NCBI RefSeq assembly: GCF_001194135.2
Contig: NC_068984.1
Location: 25,817,912 to 25,865,894, forward strand
Length of the DNA stretch: 47,983 bases
Source of the DNA: Octopus bimaculoides
Taxonomy: Eukaryota
Reading direction: 5' to 3'
Under the pieces are notes generated by a model. It saw only the letters and a list, made by a program, of their open reading frames with translations. It was not told the DNA's origin and did no database searches. The translations under genes and the position numbers were made by a program. Each line of letters begins with the position of its first letter. The first letter of the stretch is position 1. Positions 22,594 to 33,393 of this stretch are shown here, in pieces.

Positions 22594-24407
22594 GAGAATA
22601 TACGAAAAAACAACAACAGACGAGGACAGGTGGTGTAAATAACAAAAGGATGTATTAGTATGACGCTCGGGAATACGGAAAGTCTTTGACGTTTCGAGCT
22701 ACGCTCTTCAACAGAAAGAATACGGAGACAAGGAGAAAAACACGGAGAAAAAAAATTGAATAGTGTCCAGTCAATGGATATATATATANNNNNNNNNNNN
22801 NNNNNNNNNNNNNNNNNNNNNNNNNNNNNNNNNNNNNNNNNNNNNNNNNNNNNNNNNNNNNNNNNNNNNNNNNNNNNNNNNNNNNNATGTATGTGTGTTT
22901 GTGTGTCTGTGTTTGTCCCCCCACCATCGCTTGACAACCGATGCTGGTGTGTTTATGTCCTCGTAACTTAGCGGTTCGGCAGAAAGAGACCGATAGAATA
23001 AGTACTAGGCTTACAAAAAATAAGTCCTGGGGTCGATTTGCCCGACTAAAGGCAGTGCTCCAGCATGGCCGCAGTCAAATGACTGAAACAAGTAAAAGAG
23101 TATTCAGCCATGCAGTTTTGGGTTCAGTCTTACTGCAATGTACCTGGGGCAAGTGTCTTCTACTATATCCCTTAAGTTTAGTTTGGATAATTCTCCTTTG
23201 GGGTTTAAATTGGTTATAAAAATTGTAACAACTTCATCCTCTTGGATACATGATAAAGTTTTGAGACTTATTTTAGGAAAAACAACAGCAAAAATAAAAA
23301 TAGCATCCTTGATGTTGGGAAATATGGTACCTTGAATTCATGTAAAACTTTGTAACGTTAATTTTTATCAATGTATCATGTCTTATTTGTGAGTTAACAA
23401 CTCTTAAAGAATCGTTGACTCACAATTTACATTTTTTCCCTTTCTTCCATTTATATTTTAGTTTTAAAAATTTCCTTACATGTTTCCTTTTTTTTCATTT
23501 TCTTTTCCCCATTTTCTAACATTTTCCCTTCATTTTCTAACATTTTCCCTTCATTTTCTAAGCTGTCACAAAATCATCATTTATTTATTTTTGTATTTCC
23601 TGTACTTTTAGGTTTCTCTAGCAGCAAAGAAACAGTTACACATCCAGGTAGGCCTTTTCACACCAGTGACATTGCTTGCTGTCAGCATGGCTTCAGAAAC
23701 TCAAGAAACTACACCAGCAGGTTAGATATACTTCTCTCATTTATCAAAAAGGAAATTTTATTGTTAATACATTATTTCATAGCTTGTCAGTATTATTCTT
23801 TCATCAACACTATCAGTAATATTAAGACATGAGCTGACAAGAGAGCCCCCACACGTTCACTCAACATGTTAGAAATAGCAACCAAATTCCTCTCAAACCA
23901 CACTCTAGCTTCTTAAAAAATGGTGTATCTAGGACTACACTGGGTAGTGTAGTCCCAGATACTGTTGTCATTTTTGAGTGCAAGAAAAATATGACTTTTG
24001 TACCACTGACAATTAGGCATTTCTGTTTTGTATTTTCAGCCAGCAGTGAAATTTTAAACTTCAAAGAAATTTTTGAAAAAGCTGACCAACTTCACACAGC
24101 TTATGAAACTTGTAAATTATATGATCTTTTGAAACCATATCAGAATTGCGAAGATGATCAGTTGCTGTGGCGTCTATCTCGGGCGGCATATGACAAAGCA
24201 AAGAGAGAACACAACAAAGATGCACGGAAAACATTCATGTATGAGTCTTTTGGTTATGCTAAAAGAGCTCTTGCTCTAAATGACAAGAACTATGCATGTC
24301 ACAAGGTAAATAAATATCATTTATTTGGAGATAGATTTAAGGGGCAGAAACAGTAGAATGCTAGACTGAATGTTTAACAGTATTCAGTTTTACAATTCTA
24401 TATTTAT

Positions 24408-24439
<32 letters not shown>

Positions 24440-27400
24440 TTAACGTCCGTTTTCCATGCTAGCATGGGTTGGACGATTTGACTGAGGACTGGTGAAACCG
24501 GATGGCAACACCAGGCTCCAATCTGATTTGGCAGAGTTTCTACAGCTGGATGCCCTTCCTAACGCCAACCACTCAGAGAGTGTAGTGGGTGCTTTTACGT
24601 GTCACCCGCACGAAGGCCAGTCAGGCGGTACTGGCAATGGCCACGCTCAAAATGGTGTATTTTATGTGCCACCCGCACAAGAGCCAGTCCAGAGGCACTG
24701 GCAACGATCTTGCTCGAAAATCCTACGAAGGCCAGTCAGGCGGTACTGGCAAGNNNNNNNNNNNNNNNNNNNNNNNNNNNNNNNNATGTGCCACCCGCAC
24801 AAGAGCCAGTCCAGGGGCACTGGCAATGATCTCGCTCGAAAATCCTACGAAGGCCAGTCAGGCGGTACTGGCAACGGCCACGCTCAAAATGGTGTATTTT
24901 ATGTGCCACCCGCACAAGAGCCAGTCCAGAGGCACTGGCAACGATCTTGCTCGAAAATCCTACGAAGGCCAGTCAGGCGGTACTGGCAAGAGGAATTTAT
25001 ATTATGTATACTGTTTATATTAGTCAAACTGGTGTCCTCATCTTGATTATTACTTTCACTACATTTTGGTTGTTGTATGCTCAGATGTCTTGTGTTGAAC
25101 TTGGTTGTTGTATTGGAATTTTGAATCTAACATTTTATTTGATCCACAGGGGTGCACTGTTCTCATCATTCTGCTCACTGAATTTCGTGACATTTTTTTT
25201 GCTTCAGTTGATTTTTTTTTTGTGAATTACCTTAGTGCTTTGTTTGAGATTGAACTCATAACCTCTAGGTGATTGCACTGCATTAGCCAATGCCTTTATC
25301 TGCTATGCTATACCTATAGGCATAGTATAGTAGATAAAGCATTAAGGTAATTCATGAAAAATCAACTGATGCAAAAAACGTCATGAAACACAGTGTGGAA
25401 TGGGTACAGTGTACCCCTGTGGATCAAATAAAGGATTAGGTCTAAAATTCTGATACAACAATTAAGTTTAACACAAGACACTTGAAGAAGGCTGGAGCAT
25501 ACAACAGCCAAAACGTAGTGCAAACAACAATCAAGATGAGGACACCAGCCTGACAAATATAAACAATACACATAGTGTTCAATTTTGTCTGTCTATGTTT
25601 TGAGTTCAAATTCTTTTGTTGTTGATTTCCCCTTTCATTCTTTCAGGGTCATTAATATAAAAAGCAGTAGTATTTAGTTAACTATACTCACTTTCACAAA
25701 TTTCTGGCCTTTTGTCATTGTAAGAAATCCTTATTTGGTGTTAAAATAAAAGTCTTGTCTTATATTAATTGTTGAATGTTAACTTATCGTATTGTTACAT
25801 AAGGCTGTTTATGAAGCAACCTTATGTAACAATATGATAGGCTGATATAGACTTGTTAAAGTAGATGGTTTCACAAATATATACAAATATATTTCTTTGG
25901 TCTGTGCCTCCTTTCAAGAATACTTTGTAATTTTACTTTCAGTGGTATGCGATTCTTCTCGATGAAATTGGTCAATATGAAGGTTTGAAAATTCGAATTT
26001 CAAATGCTTATTTAATAAAAGAACATCTATTGGTGAGTTTATTTTTTTAATCTATTATAATCTGATGACATCTTTTTGTTTTGTTTCAAATTGAGAAAAA
26101 TTGAGTTAACTAACATTGCTTTAGTTATTAATGCTGAAGATTAGTTAGTTGATTGTTATTATTGCTTGATTGCTTATAATCAATATTGCTCTCCATAGGG
26201 TTATAGAAGCCAAAATATTAAGAGTATTTGACAAGTTAAAATAGTTTTTAGACTCTGTGTCATTGAATTATAATGAAATTTTTGTATACGGTGCTCAGAT
26301 GCACTACAACTCATCGGAAAAAAGTAGCTAAAAGTGCATGAACAGTACATAGAAAAATGCACAGAAAAGGAACAGGGAATGAGTGGTTAAAAAAGTGTGT
26401 TTGTGTGTGGGAGTGGGCATCAGATTTACTGTTGGCAAATTTCAAGAAGCAAGGAAGTCTGGAAGGATGCAGTGTTGTGACAGCGTGGTTGAGATATTTT
26501 TTCTTCCTTAGATGTGGCTGTCATTGTATTACAGTTTTAGTCTTGTGAGAAAAAATAACATTGTCAACTAACAAGACATTTTTTAATTATATATTGCATT
26601 TGTTGAGTACAGCATTGTAATATCTGTTCTCCATTGTACATATTTACAGCAGGATTGGATTAGGTTATTTGAAATTATGTCATTGCGAGATAGCATAAGA
26701 TATAAAGTTAAGATGTTAAAATATTAACAACATGGTCATGGATTCAGATTTTAATATTGCAACTATTTTCTTGTGCTTCTGAGTATAGCATGTAACTTTA
26801 CTTGCTTCAGTTTAGTTGGCTGACAAAAAACTAGCTCCTATGTTGCAGTTGAGTGGTTAGCAGTTAGAAAGGCATTCAGCTGTGGTAACCCTTGTCTAAT
26901 GGGAATATGGATGTACAAAAACACAACAAAACAAATACAAACAAGCAACACAAACAATTTTACTGAGGTATATGAAAAATAAACTGATAAGCTGATATGG
27001 TAACAGACTTAGCTGACTGTGATTTTTGTCAAAGTAGATTATTTCACAGATTAATTCTAAAAAAATGTCATTGTTATTCATGAGATGAATTTTCAATAAA
27101 TCTTCATCATCACATCAACTTTTCCATGCTTGTATGGATAAGATGGAATTCATTGAGCCAGGTTTTCTACTACTGGGTAACCTTTCTGTCACCAACCCTC
27201 ACTTGTTTCCAAGCAAGGTAATATTTCCTTATGACCAGACATGTTTTCATTGGAGACTGGAAATGAAAGACACCACTTGTGTGACAGTGATGCTCATTTA
27301 CTGTTATTACAAGATGTCCAGACAAGACGAATCAATCACACATATACATATATGTATGCATACATATGTATATACAAACACACAACAAACTTCTTCCAGT

Positions 27401-28923
27401 TTCCAGCCTGGGGCTGTAGTTGAAAACATTTGCCCAAAATTTGACCATGTGGTTGGGAAGCAAATTTCTAAGCCACATAGGCATGCCTGCACCTATATGA
27501 AATCAATTTTGAGTTGATGCGATAAATTTCTCTTGGTATAAAAATGGTATAAAAATTGAGAGACGAATCTTTAAAATTTGAAAATAACAATCTTTTTCAA
27601 TATTTATTTCCAGAAAGCTGTTGAATTTAATCCAAATGATGCAACTTGTTGGCATTCGTTAGGTTACTGGTTAGTAGTAATTTCTTATATTGCTATTATT
27701 TTCCTCATAACAATTAAAAAATTATGTTTAATCATCATATTTATAATGGAAAAATACTGTTTATAGCCTGTGGTGGTTGTTGTTTGGTCCCAGTTCAGTC
27801 GTAACCAAGCACCTTTGATCAAAGGCTCTTCATCCTTATAAATATAGTCAAAGCCTTATTTTTTCTAGTTTCTTTTCATCATCATCATCGTTTAACGTCC
27901 GCTTTCCATGCTAGCATGGGTTGGATGATTTGACTGAGGACTGGTGAACCAGATGGCTACACCAGGCTCCAATCTGATCTGGCAGAGTTTCTACAGCTGG
28001 ACACCCTTCCTAACGCCAACCACTCCGAGAGTGTAGTGGGTGTTTTTACGTGCCACCAGCACGAAGGCCAGTCATGCGGTACTGGCAATGGCCACGCTCA
28101 AAATGGTGTATTTTACGTGCCACATGCACAGGAGCCAGTCCAGCGGCACTAGCAACGATCTCGCTTGAATGTCTTTACATGTGCCACCGTGGAAAACAGT
28201 TTTATTTACCAATCTATCTTTTGGTGAAGAATGTCATGTTTGACACTATATTTTGTTAAGAGACATCAAGTTTATTGAGGCATCATCAAGACTTGCAGAA
28301 AACTATTCTATGTTTTGGTTGACATTTAACATCATTACTGGAATATCTATGAAATGTAATTTCCCAATCAAAGGGTTAATAATATATACTCATATTCTTT
28401 AATTAATTAATCAAGTGATTATTTTATTTTTAATTTCTGTTGATTTTTTTGATTTCCCAGGTGTTTCATGTTTGCTGATATGCCATGGTATCAACAAAAG
28501 GTTGCTAGTGCACTGTTTGCTACTCCACCTACATCAACCTATGAAGAGGTAAGTTGTTGGCTATTTACGCTTTTCATTTGTAATTTATAAATACTTTACA
28601 AAATCAGTTTACCATATACATATTTGAGTCAGACTGTTTAAATATAGAGAAAAGAAGTTCTAGATATATTATTACTATAAAGAATTTTATTCTATCAAGA
28701 CATGAAGGAAGAAATGGATTTACCATTGTTTTAAAGTCCACTTTTTTTTCTATGCTTGCATGAGTCAAATGGGAGTTTATTGAGGCAGATTTTGTCAACT
28801 GTTGTTTCCAAGCAATATACTATTTCCCTATAGTTAGGCATGTTGTCACAGAATATTGTAAATGAATGACATTCATCTACAATAATCATATGATGTCAAG
28901 ATAAGGTCTCTCTCTCTCTCTCT

Positions 28924-28975
<52 letters not shown>

Positions 28976-30278
28976 TATATGATGGACTTCTTTCAGTTTC
29001 CATCTTCTAAGCCCACTCACATGGTTCTGGTTGGTCTGGGACTATAGTAGGAGATTCTCGCCTCAGGTGCCGAACAATGGGACTGGACCTGAAACCATGT
29101 GGTTGGGAAGTAAACTGTTAAACCACACAACCACTCCCGAGCTTACCTGTTCAGTGGGGACTAAACAATAAGAACAAGAACAACTCTCCTATTAAGCCTG
29201 GTTTTAACTTCTGTAAAATAAAATATGGAGAGGAAAAAATTAAATATTCATCTTTATATATCCCAATTTTAAGAATAGATACTTTGTATTCTTGACAAAA
29301 ATGGTTGTCATCAGGAAAAGTATCCAATAGTAAGAAAAAATACCCGAGAAAGTCCTGTCTAATCCACACCAGCTTAGAGAAGCAGACAAAACGATAATAA
29401 TGATGATGGTGGTGATGGGGATATTAGCATAGTAGTGGTGGTGGTGGTGGTGTGATATTTTAGTCAGTTTACTGAGGAAACATGAACCTTGTATGAATTC
29501 TGTGCAAGACATCGTTGATGAAAAGTGGGAAAAAAAGTTCCCAGATCTTGTTTATCCTGTTATATTTTATTGCTTCTGTTATTGTTTTTAAATCAGGTTT
29601 TCTTTTCTTCTAACTATATTTTTGTAATTTTCTATTTTAAACCATTTTCTTTTGTTTCAAGGCCAAGAAGTATTTTCTAAAAGCAGAAGAAAGTAAGTAT
29701 AATGAATTTTAAAGATTTAATATAAGACACTAGAGTTGTATAAAGTGGTAGTAAAACGGTTATTTTAATTGTATCAAACATCCTGCTATAAATAAATAAT
29801 ATTTACAATTTTTACTTTACAGTTATGTAGATTACATCAAGAAGGGTGTCTGTCTAAATTACTAAGAATTCCACAGAAGTTTGTCATACATATGTTGTTG
29901 TTGGCACTCTGTCGCTTACGACGTCGAGGGTTCCAGTTGATCCGATCAATGGAACAGCCTGCTCGTGAAATTAACGTGGCTGAGCACTCCACAGACACGT
30001 GTACCCTTAACGTAATTCTTGGGGATATTCAGCGTGACACAGTGTGACAAGGCTGACCCTTTGAATTACAGGCACAACAGAAACAGGAAGTAAGAGTGAG
30101 AGAAAGTTGTGGTGAAAGAGTACAGCAGAGTTCGCCACCATCCCCTGCCGGAGCCTCGTGGAGCTTTAGGTTCTTTTTGCTCAATAAACACTCACAACAC
30201 CTGATCTAGGAATCGAAACTGCAATCCTATGACCATGAGTCTGCTGCCCTAACCACTGGGCCATTGCGCCTCCACTGT

Positions 30279-30318
<40 letters not shown>

Positions 30319-31243
30319 AAAGGATTTATTCAAATAACCATTGCACACATGTTTCAATAATAGACTTATTATATGTTTATATAATATATATCCATCATTT
30401 CTTCAGCAACTGAAGTTTAAATAGGAAAGTGAAGAAGAGTAAAGCATTTGATATTAAACATTGAAGAATATATAAGGAGATGCTGAGAAGTTCCTAGCTT
30501 TAAGGGTATCTGAGTTCTTTTACAGGGCTTAGCAAAACTGAAGGACTGCTGCAATAAGTGTGTGAATCTGGGAGGGGAATATGTTGACTAAAATCATAAT
30601 TAACTGATCCTCCTGTATTTCCTTTTACCCAAAGCCACGAACTTTTCAGCACCTGCTTGTATATACCAAACTGTTGATGCAACCCCCCCCCCCCAATAAG
30701 CAAACTATAGCCATAGTCGTCACTCACAAGCAAGTCTGACTGGGTAGCTTGTACTATGCTTTTGCTAATTGTATGCGTATAGACATCCTTGCAGCTCTCT
30801 CACCCATGACCCAGTGGAACATCCAGGATGTGATAGCTGGTAGGAGAGAGGATTGCACTAGCACTCAGCCAATATTTATTTCTGCTTGTTTGAACTTGTA
30901 TGTGTCGAAGGGATCTTTCAGCTTCTGTACTTTCCTTCTCCAGTTTGTCCTATGACCCTAGGCCCATCAAGCTCTTTCTCTGTTGTTACTAATTACTAGC
31001 TTTGTGTGTTTGTGTTCCTGTTTAGTGTTGACTGTTGGAAGAAAGAGTACTTGATACCATAGTAACAGCAGAGATGGGGTAGCTGTGTGGTAAGAGGTTT
31101 GCTTCCCAACCACATGGTTCTGGGTTCAGTCCCACTGTGTGACAACTTGGATAAGTGTCTTCTACAATAGCCACAGGCTGACAGCCTTATGGATGGATTT
31201 GGTAGACAGAAACTGAAAGAGACCTGTTGTGTGTGTGTGTATG

Positions 31244-31274
<31 letters not shown>

Positions 31275-33360
31275 ATGTATGTGTGTTTGTCCCCCCAACA
31301 TAGCTTGTCAACTGAAGTGTGTCAATAGATTTTACAAAAAAATTGTGTTGAATCACAATGCCTACCTGTCACTACTTCAATAAATGTAACATGATAAAAG
31401 AAATCACCTTATATATTGTCACCATGGACTGATGCTTCATATCACCTGATATATGACATGACAATTAAATGTATTTCTTTTACTGTATTGATTCAATTTC
31501 ATTTGTAGTTGTTTTATTGGTACAGTAGTATGTTGACTGCCATTCGTAACTGTTTAAGTTGTAATGCTAGTGACACTTAAGACATGCATGAGCTTTGACA
31601 TTTAAGAGGTTAAGGGCTGCATATGAATATTCCAAGGGTTTCATGAGCAAAAATGAATAGTACCTGTATTTCAAAGGGCCAGCCTTGTCACATTCTGTGT
31701 CATGTTGAATTTCCCTGAGAACTACATTAAGGGTACGTGTGTCTGTGGAGTGCTCAGCCACTTGCACATTAATTTCATAAGTAGGCTCTCCATTGATTGT
31801 ATCAACTGGAACTGTCGTTGTCATAACCATCGGAGTGTCAGTTATTTCATTCTTTGCGATAGCAGATAGGAATAATCATTAGCATGTCAGGCAAAATGTC
31901 TTGTAATATCTGGTTATGATCCTTTATGCTCTGAGTTCAAATCCTGTCAAGGTTAATTTTGTATTTTATTCCTCCAAGGTTGATAAAATAAAATACTGGC
32001 CCATTACTGGGGCCAATAGTATCAACTAACTCCCTCTCCTTAAATTTGCTGGACCTGTGCCTAAACAATTGTTATTATTATTTTTATAAGGTGTTGAGCT
32101 GGCAGAATCATTAACATACCAGATGAAATGCTTAGCAGCATCCTGAGTTCAAATTCTGCTGAGGTTGATTTTTGTCTTTCATTTTTTTGGGGGTTGATAA
32201 AATAAGTACCAGTTGTGCACTAGGGTTGATGTAATCAACTATTCCCCTCCCAGTAAAATTTCAGATTTTGTGTCTATAGTAGAAAGGATTATATTATTAT
32301 TTAGGACAGTGGAAGGCAGTAAGCTGGCAGAATCATTAGCATGCTGGGCAAAATGCTTAGTAGCATTTCAAGTGTATGTTCTGAGTTCAATTTTGCTTTT
32401 CATCCTTTTGGGGTCAATAAAACTTGGGATGATGTAATTGATTAGTCCCCTCCCAGTAAAATTTCAGATCTTGTGTCTATAGTAGGAAGGATTGATGTTT
32501 GTTCCTTTTCGAGCCATGCCTGGCCCATAAAGGCTGGTTTCCTGGTTTCATTGACATATAGGTTCCCCACCAGGATGGGATGCCAGTCCGTCTCCTGCTA
32601 GATGCAGGAGGAAAGAGTGAGAGGAAGTTGTGACGATAGAGTCAGCAGAAGTTCGCCATTACCTTCTGATGGAGCTGTATGGAACTTAGGTGTTTTGCTC
32701 ATAAACACACACATTGCCCTGTCTGAGATTCGAACCCACAATCCCTCGACCATGAGTCTGCTGTTCTAACTACTAGGCCATGTACCTCCACATTTAGAAC
32801 AGTGNNNNNNNNNNATGTATTAATTTTTTTTTTGTTAAAAAGCAATTGATTTGACACTTTAACTAACTACTCTGCCGTGAATTAAAAGTGAAACCTGTTT
32901 TCTGCCAGGAAAAGTGGGACAATTATGATCACATTAGCTTTAATTCAGTGATTTAACATCAGACATTGTGCCTCATCAGACATTGTACCTCATAGTACTT
33001 GTCATAATTTCACAATTTTCTATTGTTATTTCTGGTATAGGTACAAGGTCAGCAATCTTTGAAGGGAGACGGTTAAACAAGGTCATTGACCTCAGCATTT
33101 GACTGGCGTTTTGTTTTACTTACCCTGGAAAGATGAAAGGTGATACTGACCTCGGCAAGGTTTGAGCTCAGAACATGGAGAGTTGCGACACTGACCACAG
33201 CAGGGTTTGAGCTCAGAGTGTGAACAGCTGTTACAAATACCACAAGGTATTTTGTTTGATGCTCTCATGATTCTGTTGGTTCCCCACTTCACAGTTCTAT
33301 TTAATGATAGCTTAACCCTTTAGCATTCAGATAACTTTGTCTAATGTAATATTTATTTAT

Positions 33361-33393
<33 letters not shown>

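Larger units (their letters stand above)
22409..23101 (+). mobile_element. SINE family A carrying a foreign insert (22592-22780) and a gap (22789-22886) in its microsatellite
   Basis: Head 22409-22562, (TA)n, insert, (TA)n, gap, 3' half 22887-23101. Confidence 0.88.

Noticed and set aside
23648-23653. Internal donor CAG|GTAGGC in exon 3
   Set aside because: No in-frame acceptor at exon 4 (24040, 24044 and 24047 are all out of phase), so use would frameshift.
24610-24990. Regular repeats superficially like a CRISPR array
   Set aside because: No unique spacers, no cas genes, eukaryotic retroelement context.
24492-25046. 184-aa and 144-aa repetitive ORFs; also 18876-19352
   Set aside because: They are translations of family C tandem subrepeats and cross a gap; there is no protein motif.
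32957-32993. CTGATGA on the minus strand in a 17-bp tandem duplication
   Set aside because: No helix II or GAAA follows, so it is not a hammerhead.
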